The translations under genes and the position numbers were made by a program. From positions 19,791,546 through 19,855,545 of the forward strand of contig CM119267.1 in assembly GCA_051294375.1 (NCBI GenBank): DNA of 64,000 bases, written 5' to 3'. A model generated the notes under the pieces. That model did no database searches. It saw nothing but the letters and a program-made list of their open reading frames with translations, and had not been told where the DNA came from. Each line of letters opens with the position of its first letter. Positions within the stretch are counted from its first letter, which is position 1. Shown here piece by piece: positions 36,301-48,000 of this stretch. Source of the stretch: Paraspadella gotoi (taxonomy: Eukaryota > Animalia > Chaetognatha).

Positions 36301-39300
36301 CGCTCTGACACAACTGCTCATAAACGACGTTGCCGAAGTTGGAGTCGGCGACGTTCGGATCGTAGACGGCTAGAAGGATGCGCAACCAACGCGTTTCGTA
36401 TAGTCGACGAAGCGTCGCTAAAAAATCCACGCCGCGTACGACGGTAACGTTCTCGAGAATGTTCGGTCCCGCGTTCTCGTCCTCTAGGGGCGTCATCGGA
36501 GGATCACCGGCCTCTTCCGCCGACGACGCGCTTCCAGAATCCGAATTTTGCCTGCCGACAACAGCCCGTTGACTTTCGCGAAGGCTATCTTCCACCAGCG
36601 GGGTCGCCGCCGCCCTCAGATTCTCCTCTGTCGGCGGTCGCCCTTCGAGCAAACGCTGGTTGATAAAATTCCTCAGATGAGGACGAAGTGGATTTAATGG
36701 CTCGCCGTTACCGCGCGTGTAGACAGCGAGCAGGTCCAGAAACTGCAATCTGGTAAATATGATGCCGACCATTTCGCCCAGCGGGCCGTCCATACCGATC
36801 AGCGAGGACTCTTCAAACATTGGCGTGACGCGATTGAAGAGAGAGGCGATGGTTTCATCCGATTCTTGCCCGGCGCTTCTCTGGGCCAGATAGTTGGAGA
36901 AAGTGGAAATAAGATTGACGAACATATCGTCGTGACGATTTCCACTGGAAACAGCAGAAGTAGAGGAAGACGTTTCTTCGTTAGCGTTGGGGCCGGATTG
37001 ACGGCCGCCGGCGAGAAATGATCTCAAGGTGTCGGTCCACGGTTGAATACCGACCCCTCCGCTGGGAGGATTGACGGCAGGCGGGCTTTGGTTGACGACC
37101 GAGTTGATCAGGGAAAGTAGATCGGGTTGAACTTGTAGAGGAGGCGGCTGCGATTGTGGCTGGGCTGTGGATTGGGTTTCGTTTGGACGTCGACTCGCCT
37201 CTGTTGAGGGCGAACTGTTGACGGTGGTGGCGCCCGGTCGACTGGTGGTCTGTACATTCGCGCGGTCAACAGGTTCTATCGTGACCTGGGTAACGGATAT
37301 CATGTTCGCTCCATCACGTCTCGTGCGAGTGATTGAAACGGCTGGGGCTCCAGTAGCACTATTGCTGCGCGAGCTCGGAGACGAGATGCGAATCGACCTC
37401 GATGGGGGCGTCGGAGAAGCATTTGCGCTATTCCCACGACTGGAGCCCCTTGAAGCGGAAGAAGTCGGCGGTTGGGATCCATCGGGACTTGGAATTGTTC
37501 CAGTGACCCCTTGAAGAATGCTGCCTATCAAATTTGCCACCGAATTAGTATGCGCACTTCCACGACGGGACCCGGATCTAGGTTCTGATGTTTGGGTCGC
37601 TGATCCATTGGCGGAACCAGCGCGACGTATGGAGCGATGCCTCGAGGAGCACATCAAGATAGGATCATATGCTCTATCGACATTGGGAACATTAAGTGGC
37701 ATCGCTTGAGCTCCTTCAAAAAACGCTGGCATCGGTAACTGCATGTTCGGGGCCTGCTGTCGCTGTTGCGATTGCTCCTGACCGTTAGAGGTGCCTGTGG
37801 AAGGACGAGTTCCCGTGGCCGTTGTAGGAGTTGTTCCATTTCTAGATGCAGAATCGGCGGCAGGAGTTTGTCGGGAAGAAGATCCCGAATTAGCAGAAGC
37901 ATCTCGGGTGCGACTACTACTACGGCTCCCACTTTGACTCCGACGAAACCCGAGATCCTGACCCGATAGAATAGGTTGGGTGGCGATAACGAATCCGGAG
38001 CCATTGGGACCTTGTTGCACTCCCACAGTAGCAGCTTGTTGAATCATTTGAGCAAAACTATTCCCAAAACCTCCTGCCAGGTTAGCTGTTGGAGGAGAGG
38101 ATTGATTAGTAGAAGCGCTACTTTCGCTTCCATCCCGCGTTCTACTTCCAGAGCGAGAACGTGTCTGGGTGCCACTTGTTACTGTAGAGGAGGTGGATGG
38201 TCGCATGACGAAGGACACTCCGCCCGAAGGTCCCACAACAAACTGCATACCACGGGGTGGCTCTGAGGCAGAAGTTGGAGTAGCTCTTTCTCCTCCCGGC
38301 ATCCCATGAAAAATAGGCAGGAACATTCCGGGAGGCGGCGGAGGCATTACGCTCTCTCGAGAACCCCCTTGCGTTGGCCTTCCAGCTGCAGAGTCAGACG
38401 CGGATGAGGTTGTATTAGAACCACTGGTTGAAGAGGCAGTACCCGATGCATCATTAGTCGCTGAGGCGCCATTCGTCCCCATATTTATTGGAAAATCATT
38501 TGGCACGGTCTGCTGGATTACGGCTGCTCCCGCGGGCACAGCAATCCCTCCTGCGCCCCTTTGACCACCCATTGCACGCGCCAATTCTTGTGGTAGTTGT
38601 GGCATAAGAAACAGCGGATTTTGCTGGTTGACTGCGCGAGCATGGAGATGGCGGGGTGGATCTGACGTCATGTCCACCATTACATCAGAGATGGCATGAT
38701 AGGCGTGGGATAGGTCGTGCATGACGCGCAATACAGTATCGGTGCGACGTTGCTCGTCTGCACCTGTGCCGTTACCCCCCGGAGCGTCGGCGTCCATCGC
38801 GTCGCGAAGAGACTCCAGGTGAGGCTGAAACCGTTGTTGCAGGGTAAGGATATCTGAGAGAGCCGCTGCCAAACTGGATAAAGGGGGACCAGGGCTCGCC
38901 GGGGTGTCACGGTTGGATCCAGTATCAGGAGGATTTGACGATAAGGTGGCGCTGGCGGATGGTACCTCATCTCCTGATGGAACCGATTCTTCCCCAACGT
39001 TCACTGGAGAAGCGTTGATTGATGCGGTGGCGTTGTCGGCTATGGTTGAAGGGGCATTAATTTCTGAAACAATTCTTGTCCTGGCAGCGCTGTCACCGTT
39101 GATTTCTTCAGATTCAATTTCGGTGCCATCCATAGTGGGGGAGGCATCAATGTTATCAGTTTCATGGGCCGTACCCTCGACAATCATGGGTTCTAAGATG
39201 TCATTGACAGTGGTTCCGTTCCTTGCGGATTCAGCCTGGGTCACTGAAGCAGTTGTTTCAGGGGCGGAAGCACCCTCTGGCGCCGGTCGAGGATCCCTTC

Positions 39301-41616
39301 TGTCCTCCGACAAGTCGCTGGGTCTCTGTTCCAAGGCGACTATCCGATTTCCGGCTTCAGCGATGATCCGCCTGGCCAGATTCAATCGCTCAGAGGCTTC
39401 GCAACGAGGTCTGAGGTTAGCGTGCAACGCTCCGAGGTTGATATGAACATCAACCGAAGCTCCGTCGGGAGAGGTTCGAGTGGAAACTTGCGCATTGCGG
39501 CCGGCGTCTCCAAACTGTTCTAGAGACTGTTGGATCATGTTTTGAATCTGTTGGGGATCGACAACTTCGGGCGCCGGAACGGTGAAGGCGCCCAAAAGAA
39601 GCCCATTGGGCACATCGTCCTCGCCTCCTCCGGCCGAAGCCGCCGGTCGTCGACGGCGGGTGGAATCGCGGGAGCGGCTTGATTCCCGCGACGAGGATGG
39701 GCCCAGGTCTGGGCGAGTTGACTGGGGCGGTCTGTGGGAGACAATGAAATAAAAAATTTGTACCATTCCAAAAATTACAGAAGAGGCATCGACATCCCAT
39801 GCTTGCTTCCCTTCATTTTTATTAGCCATAGCCGATGAAATTTAAATGCTAATGTATACAACGTTAAAATAATCTATCATGAGCATAGATTTTAGTATTA
39901 AAATATTTTTTGTCAAATTTTTTTTTTTTGAGGGTACTCGCCTAATTAAAATTATTATATTACTATATAAAGAAATTTGTTTTTTTGAAATCTTAAAATT
40001 TTTTAATGGATAAAAAGTTAAACAAAAAATATAATTACAGCTTTTAAATTTTTTTACGTTTTCTTAGTAACAATTTAAAAAAAATGATAAAATCATCAAA
40101 AGATGATGTTGATGATGATTTTTTATAGTTTTTCTTATTTTTGAGTCAAAATTTGACCTACTTATCATAAAAACATTTAAAAAGTCTTAAAAGCATAAGG
40201 ATCGCATAAGAAAAATCGGGATTGACGACAAATTTTGATACTAAAAAAAATCCAAATTTGAGAAAAGAAAATTAATTTATAAACAAAGAAAAAGAAGAAA
40301 AGAATAAGTATAAAGAAAGAATAGAAAGGAAAGAAAGAATAGAAAGAATAGAAAGGAAAGAAAGAATAGAAAGGAAAGAAAGAATAGAAAGGAAAGAAAA
40401 AATAGAAAAAGAAAAAAAATAGAAAGGAAAGAAAAAAAAATAAAAAGAGTGACGAGAAGAAAGAACGAAATAAAAATCCGATGTTGCGATAGAAAAATGA
40501 TAACATGCACGAATGCGATGCCTAATTTTACGAGTTCAATCCAAATTCAAATTTTTTTTTTTAATAAAAACGAAGAGAGATAGAGAGAGAAAGCCAAATC
40601 ATTTTTGGACGAATCAGCAGCGGCAGCAGCAGAGGCAGCCAGAAAAAAAGAATCAAAAGGCAGCAGCAGAAGCAGCAGGAGAAAAGAGAAAAAAAAAAGC
40701 CCCTGCAGAGCCAGCTGCAGACCTCTTTTTTTCCGATGAATCAGCCTGGGAAAAAGAGAGAGAGAGAGAGCTACATATAATTAAAAGAGAAAAGAAGACA
40801 AAAATAATAGAGGAAATTTGTTTGTTTTGATAAAACGTAAACAAAACATATTTATTATTTAATAACTGTCCTCAGTTGGTGAGGTGAGGACTCCTCACCC
40901 AATTCAAGGACCTCGATGATGAGAAGGCTGTATATATATTTTCAGCTTCATACACCCAAATTTAATCATCAAAAAGGAGATTGATAAGTTGGAACGCCGC
41001 AAACGACGACGACACCACTTATGTGCAAAAGCGTTACGAGATCGTCGCAAACGCAAAGCGAATTATACTTTGTGTAGACAACTTTTTATTAGCTATCTGA
41101 ATCTGGTCTTAAAATTTAAAATTTCTCAAAAAAAAGTTTGGCCTTTTCTATCTATAAATAAATATTAAAAAATTAATTACTCGGGTATAGAGCCATATAA
41201 GAAATTGTTTGTCCATTGAAAGTATGCTTAAAAATGTATAAATTTTCGTTTGAGCTTGTACTCACTCTAAATTTTTGACTCACCCCATTGAGTGCGGCTA
41301 CCCCTATTTTTTTCCATTACTATTAAAATCTCAATTGTTACTCTAAAATTAATTTATTAACATTAATGTTACTCTAAAATTAATTTATTAACATTAATTA
41401 CCTCTGAACCAAATGAACACATTTCCCGTCAACATCGTAGTCGGCCAACTTCTTGTCATCCTGGAGAACTTTCCCGACATGAATGATACGTTGTCGGTCC
41501 GCCGGAATTTCAACGGATCCGGCGATTCGTTCCTTGAATGCCTTTACAGTGATGTCCTCCGGTACCGAGAAATTCCGGTTGCGTCCGTCCAATGTCTTAA
41601 CAGTTACTTCCAACAT
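33321..41616 (-). CDS. BAG6: BAG6/BAT3/Scythe; exons ~41616-41402 (Ubl), 39731-35959, 34024-33321
   Basis: N-terminal [16 protein letters not shown]...GKCVHLVQR Ubl domain; C-terminal [16 protein letters not shown]...[17 protein letters not shown] and BAG-similar tail. Splice phases consistent. Confidence 0.92.
34669..35581. mobile_element. HINE-like family B copy in BAG6 intron 2
   Basis: 5' ATCTTAAAAGCATAAGAATCGTCGCAA; core GCAGCAGAAG...CCCTGCAGAGCCAGCTGCAGACTC; 3' TTGCGACGAT (subterminal inverted repeat). Confidence 0.7.
40185..41061. mobile_element. HINE-like family B copy in BAG6 intron 1
   Basis: Same 5' end and core; internal AAGAAAGAATAGAAAGGA tandem repeats; 3' ATCGTCGCAAACGCAAAGCGA. 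Confidence 0.7.
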
Positions 41617-42591
41617 ATTTGTTAGCAGCCGCAGGCTAATTTACTTTTTCTGGTAAAAATTAACGACAGAAAAACTAATCAATTGATGCACTGCCGTTAA
41701 TAAGGCAGGGATGACAATAACTAAAATTTAAATACCGCTAAATAGAGATCAAAGAAGGTAACCAATGCACATTCAAATTTGGCCTAATAAACTCGCAGAC
41801 TATGGCTCGTCGAAAATTAGTGAGATCTTGAAAATATATTTTCAGACTCCGATGAAATGGACACTGTAGCAGTTAATAAAAAAACGAGAAAAAATTAAAT
41901 TATGACCTATGAAATGAATGGAATGCTGTATTATTCTAGAAAAAAGCTATATTATTAAGATCTCGAGTGAAGACTAGTACCAAAAACCTCCGACGGGAAA
42001 AAATAAAACTTAACTAATACGTGAACTGATATGAGAAGAGAAAATAAACAAAATATAAATCTGCCATCTCAATGAATTTATAAATGAATCTAAGATCTCA
42101 TTTAAATCTATAAAATAATGCTAAGTATAAATAACAATTCGAGGAAAGTTTCGAACTTTTTATATCACAGGTCAAACTAACTCTCCAAAATTTTGTATTG
42201 ACATTTAAAAGTTCCCATGTCCAAGGTACAAAAGATTAAATGATACCTATTACCGAACAACAAATTCTCCCGAAATCGTTCCATCGCGGGGCGACTGTCC
42301 ACTGAATTCATTTTTTTTAAATAGATTTTTCTTTCTTCTTTTTAGATAAAAAGGAAATTTAGTTTATATTACAATAAAAATTATTCTTTATTCATAATAT
42401 ATTATAGAAACTAATAAATCTTAAGTCAAAAAATAGAGACAGACGGACGAACGGATACAAATAATCGCGGGACCAACATTAATAATTAATGTGCAGCGAC
42501 TTCGCGAATACAAGACAATTCCATGATGCAGGGGAAAAAAGGAATGCAGGGAATCGTGATTGACTATATGACATGCGCCGAGCTTCGACCT

Positions 42592-43731
42592 TCAAAGAAG
42601 ATCGTAGAAATACTCTAATCCTTGACCAATCTCCCAAATAGCGACGCCCGTTTTAAGTTGGTCACAAAGTTCCAACCGTTTGTTTATGGAGTACAGCGTT
42701 GGATAATAAATCTCCTCGCCCTTCCTTGAAAACTTGTGTTCCATTTCTTTTCCCAGCCACGAGACCTTGTACTTGTCATTGTTGAGTTTTTTGACGAGTT
42801 GTGAGCCCAAAACCGGTTCGGACCCGAAGCTACCGTAGCGATATCCGTAAAAGTTGAGGCCGACCAAAATCTTGGATCGATGGGGGGACTGAGCGTCGGG
42901 AACGATATCTTCGACACTTCGCCGGACCCAATCGATAGGCGCGTTGGGCCCGGGTCTCACGGGGTAATCGTAGGTCATGAGTGAAAAAAAATCGACCGAG
43001 TCTTTGAGCGTGTCGAAGTCGATGCGACTGAAAGGTTGGGGACCGTCAACGGGTGTCGGCGGGATGACCAGCAGAAACTGCTTGCCCATGTCGTGAAGGT
43101 GATCGCCTAAGTGAATCAGAAAGTGGAGCAAGTCGTTCCTCTGCTGGGATCCCAGCCAGGCCGTCTCGAAAACGATTCCGTCGAAGTTTCGATCTCCCAC
43201 GTAGTCGCTGAGCCGCTCGACAATGGCGATCATCGAGTCCTCCGTGGCGAAGACTCTCGCATAGTCATCGGCCTGCCATCCGTCGAGTAGTACGCGGGGA
43301 ACGATCTTGAGTCCCTTGTTGTTCTTTCGTAAGATCTTGATCCAGTCGTGATCCACGTCGTGGTCCCCGGAAATGCGCATCTTGAGCCCTTTCTCCACGC
43401 GCATCTGCAGCCAAACGGGCGCCACGTGGGTAAACTTATGAGTGAAGGCCTTAGCCATATCGTAGCCGTGCCCGTTCCAAGGAGTCACATAAGCAAGTGA
43501 AGCTGCGTTGGGAAAACTACGAGTCTTGCATGCTTTGCAAGGGAGGTCGTGATGAGCGATTAGGTCTTTGCTCTTTAGCTTTTCCGTGACAAGGCCACGA
43601 GCGTGAACATTTTCTGTCACTGGCGCCTCCTTCGATGGCAACTTCTTCGCTTTTTTAGGGTTTGTCTTGGACAATGTTCCGTCGCAGCGGAGGAAGGCAC
43701 ACGTCACGATTAGCAAGTAGAGAAATTTCAT
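42592..43731 (-). CDS. CHID1: Chitinase domain-containing protein 1 (GH18-like, secreted), intronless
   Basis: Signal peptide, TLSKT, LAYVTPWNGHGYD, FDGIVFE, FSLMTYDY, KILVGLNFYG, GVAIWEIGQGLEYFYDLL. Confidence 0.94.
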   Translation of the reverse strand: MKFLYLLIVTCAFLRCDGTLSKTNPKKAKKLPSKEAPVTENVHARGLVTEKLKSKDLIAHHDLPCKACKTRSFPNAASLAYVTPWNGHGYDMAKAFTHKFTHVAPVWLQMRVEKGLKMRISGDHDVDHDWIKILRKNNKGLKIVPRVLLDGWQADDYARVFATEDSMIAIVERLSDYVGDRNFDGIVFETAWLGSQQRNDLLHFLIHLGDHLHDMGKQFLLVIPPTPVDGPQPFSRIDFDTLKDSVDFFSLMTYDYPVRPGPNAPIDWVRRSVEDIVPDAQSPHRSKILVGLNFYGYRYGSFGSEPVLGSQLVKKLNNDKYKVSWLGKEMEHKFSRKGEEIYYPTLYSINKRLELCDQLKTGVAIWEIGQGLEYFYDLL

Positions 43732-44255
43732 TATTGAATTCTTATTTTCCTAAATAATATTATAATTATTTTTAAAACAGAAAACATCTAAAACTTTTAT
43801 TTCTAAAAAAAAACTGATCTAGTCATACGTATGCGCATCAACAGCTTGAAAAAAATGGCCAGCAGAAATCAGAACAGAATTCCATCACAGCCAAGATTAG
43901 TTGTCAGAGTCCTCCGGTCCTTTCTCCTTCTCTTCCCGACTTCCGGTCAAAAATAAAAAAAATAGTTTTGACCCTTCGAGTTGATTTTTTGTTTCTCAAG
44001 CTTAAAGTTAGGGTAAACAAAAATATATATCGTCAAAGATTAACAAGAAAAATCGTTGGTGTTACAGGCGATCGAAATACGAAAGAAAAAAAACCAATGT
44101 GAGAAAAAATGGCATCGCGGAAATAAGTAACGAGTAAAGCGGCATTCCCCTATCTAATGCAATAGCATTCAAAAAAGCACCGACCCAATGGAAAAAAAAA
44201 ATATTCAAAAAATATATTAAAATCCAAAATGGAAGTTACAAATCTCGAAGAAACG

Positions 44256-44576
44256 TTATTGTTCCATTTCAGGCTCTGCCCTTTGTTTTTCTCCTTCGTC
44301 ATTCGCTTTCTCAACTCCCTCGTTATTCCCTTCCTTTTCATTCTCTTCGCTCTTCTCCGTCCTTTCCTCTTCATTCTCCTTCGTCTTCCCGTTCTCTTCG
44401 TCCTTCTTCGCGCCCGAAGCCGCGGCTTCGTCGCCAAGGGACGCCAATCGCTCTTCCATGCGTCGAATCAAGTCCTGCTGCTTGCGAATCATGTCGTCCA
44501 CCATGTCGCGTTGCATCTCGGTCGTTTGGAGAACGGCCTGCAACTCCTCGTGGGACAATCTAGGTTGCGACGACAT
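44256..44576 (-). CDS. Small hypothetical coiled-coil/acidic protein (106 aa)
   Basis: GCCATG start, exon-like GC content between AT-rich flanks, amphipathic helix then E/K-rich tail. No family recognised. Confidence 0.55.
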   Translation of the reverse strand: MSSQPRLSHEELQAVLQTTEMQRDMVDDMIRKQQDLIRRMEERLASLGDEAAASGAKKDEENGKTKENEEERTEKSEENEKEGNNEGVEKANDEGEKQRAEPEMEQ

Positions 44577-45011
44577 GGCTTTTATATTTTATATATATAT
44601 AGTTTTTTTTTGACTAGTTTTAAATAATTCAATTTTTCCACCTTAAAAAATACAAATTGTACTGAATTACTTTTAATCAACGAACAAGTTCATGTCGACA
44701 AAAACAAAAACGAGCGTCAAAAAAAATCACCAACATCATTGACGTTCAAGTTTGCGGTAACAACGAATACTAATTCAGTAAAGAAGAAAAAAAAACAACG
44801 ATTTGATAAGAAATAAAGAAAAAAATTAAACTACATATAATCTTTTTCAATAACTAATTTCAAACTGCTTGATACTTAAATCCCAATTCTGAACTAGTTT
44901 GGGAAATAAACAAAACGATAAACCGGCCTGCATTTCAGCCCGAACAGTCGGTTTCGGATCGAAAGACCGGCTTTTCGAATGAGGTCGCGAATGGTCGGTC
45001 GATCCCTCACA

Positions 45012-48000
45012 TCAGATGAGCAGTTTCTCGATGTTTTGCTGAAGAGCGATGATTGAAGGTTTGAGCTGAGATTCTTCGTTCACCGTGACGGAGCAAGCCA
45101 CCACGGCGCGCGAAACGCCGCACGCCCGGCCAAGAGCCTGCAATGGTTTTAAAGGTAAAACTAAGGAAAAAACGAAGAAAATAAAAAAGAAAACCCAAAA
45201 ACCTTTAAATAAAAATAATTCTATAAAGAAGAAAAAGAGAGAAAGCAACTGAACAGAAAAAAGACAATTTTAAAAACTTTTTTGAATCGGCGTTTTAAAT
45301 CACGATAATTAATAAGGGAAAAGTGGTCAAAATAACTGACCAGAACGCTTACCGTTTTGGACCTCACAAAAACGTAGGGAACGTTCTTGTCCTCGCAGAG
45401 AAGCGGGAGATGCAGAATGATCTCCAAGGGTTCAGCGTCAGCCGCCATGACGATGAATTCCGCAATACCGCGATTCAGAGTCTTCGTCGCTTCGTTGGCG
45501 CCTTAAGACCAAGTCATTAAAAAAAGAAGAATAAAAAATCCTAAAAGCATAAGGATCGTCGCAATTGCATAAGAAAAATCTGGATTGACGACAAATTTAC
45601 CTTGATATCTCTCACTCTCTGCGAATTATTAAATGACCATTGTAATCATAAAAAAAACTGTCACTTTGTAAATATTATTATTATTTTTTTAATAAATTTA
45701 TTAATATTTAAATATTATTTTTTTGAAAATGTAAATGTATTATACTTAAGCCAAAACTTAATTTTAAGTTTAACTCTAATTTACCCTTAACTTACCCCAA
45801 CCAAACTTACCCTAACCTAAACTTACCTCTAACCCTAACTTACCTCTAACCCTAACTTACCCTAACCCTAACTTACCCCTAACCCTAACTTACCCCTAAC
45901 CCTAACTTACCCCTAACCCTATACTAACCCTAACTTATTTTTAACCTTAATTTATTTTTCTAGTTAACTTACACTTATTCTTAATTTATTCTTAACCATA
46001 ATTTATTGTAACCTTAATTTTTACCCAAAATTGTATTGGTTGTAACAATTTCATATAACAAAAATAAAAAATATTTAAAAAAAAATTATGATATCTGAAT
46101 TCCTTTATTTTTTTCCCGAAACGTTATCCTCTTCCGTTCCATTTCGTTCCTCTTTTTTCCGTTAATTCTTTAAGAAAAACCTTGCTCTTCATTTCCCTAG
46201 GCCTCCAGAGGGCATTGATCTCCAGGATATTTAGAATATTTAGGGAAAAAAAATTTTATGGTTCCAAGTGGAACCGGGATCTTCATGGTCTTTTCCCACC
46301 AACAGCTGAGCAGATGCTGCACTTGTTGGTGGGGAAGAACTACATGATAGAATCACGAAAATCTCGGATGTAAATTTTGAATAAATGGCGGATAATAAAG
46401 AAGAGAGAGAGAGAGAGAGAAGTCAAATCGTTTTCAGACTAATCAGCAGCAGCAGCAGCAGAGGCACCCAGAAAAAAAGAAAGAAATCAAAAGGCAGCAG
46501 CAGAAGCAGCAGGAGAAAAGAGAGAAAAAGAAAGAGCACCTGCAGAGTAAGGCGTAGTGAAAGTTACGTATGGAAATTCTAAAAGTAAATTATGAACAAC
46601 ATACCATCAGTAAACATTAATTTGTAAAAAAAAAATCATTTTGTTTTTTAATTTTCGCAGTAGGCTATATTTATATATAGTACTATCCTTATAAAATCGA
46701 AAAATTTCAAAATAGGCTTTTCTTAATTTTGATTGCAGATTTGAATTCCTCGTCAAAAGTTGATAAAAGTATTAATTATTTTTAGACATTGTGTAATNNN
46801 NNNNNNNTTTTTTAAAAAATCATTAATTGCGATCTGTGATTGGTCGAAATTGGTCACGTGACCATCAAATTTTAGTTTTGGTATTATTTTTACTTAATAA
46901 AAAATTCTTTCTCAATTAAGCAATGGAAATTTTATATATTTAAAGCAATATATTAAGATTTATGAACAATATCAAAGAAAATAAGCGAGAAAAAGAAATA
47001 AATAAAACCCGGACATACAATCGATTTAACTCTTTCTTATTTTCTCCCTCTCTCTTTTTCTCTCTATCTGTCTCTCTCTCTCTGAAGAAGAATTTTATCT
47101 TCTCGCATGCGGAAACTAACGTTCAAGCGTCCCCCGTCCGTTAACCAGCGTGACCGTGAGGGGATCGAACCTAGAACTCACGGTTGGTGAACGAGTACTT
47201 AGCTGTCCAAGCCAATGGGACGAGCTGAGTTTTACCAAGCTATACAGGAGGCGAATTTAGGATTCGCCACAAGCGGCGCTTTTTGAGTCAGCAAAATCAC
47301 TCCAAAATCGGAATTCATTTTTTAACAGGTCGATTGACGATATTTTTTTAAGAAAGATTAAAAAAAATTTGTTGTGAACAGCGAAGCCACGAGACGGGTT
47401 GCGTAGTTTTTACGAAGCATATCTTTGTACAATACCATTTTTTTTAGTATTTATGGTGTAATCCTTTCTTTCGTTGTTTTGGAGAGATTAGCAAAGTTTT
47501 TAATTTTGTACAACGATTTTATTTAATAAGATGCAGACATGTTTCGGCTCACAAAATTTGAGCCTAATTGCATTGCTAATCATTTTTTTAGTAAAAACCA
47601 TAACTATTGTGGATGACACCACACCGATGAAGTGGCCAGATATTATATATTCACTATCTACCAACGATATATCGTTCAAATTTTAAGGTCACACGGTCAT
47701 TTTTCTTTTATAAAAAGCAAGAGACTTTGTATTGAACACTCTTGAATGTTGCCTAAAATCATGTCTCTAATAAAACATTTTTCCGTTTCTTCATTGGTGA
47801 GTCCTTCTCACGAACTTGCAACCACTTGTTAATTACTGCCCCACACACCATGCTTCTCACTTTTCTCTCAGCCGAACAGGGTACTCGTACTGTTCTGCCC
47901 TGTCTATCATCAGCGCTACACTTGCGACAGGCCCTCTACAAGAAGAAACACCATGACTTGTGACAACAAACTTTTCATTCAAGATGTCTTATTTTGAATA

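Noticed and set aside
40177-40844. Phe/Leu-rich membrane-protein-like ORFs (also 6533-7006 and 34931-35522)
   Set aside because: Translations of low-complexity repeat interiors.
44920-45014. K-turn autoregulatory element in the SNU13 3'UTR
   Set aside because: GC-rich and contains CTGA, but I could not build tandem G-A pairs with flanking stems.
47145-47226. Functional tRNA gene
   Set aside because: B box present but no convincing acceptor or anticodon stems; treated as a SINE head.
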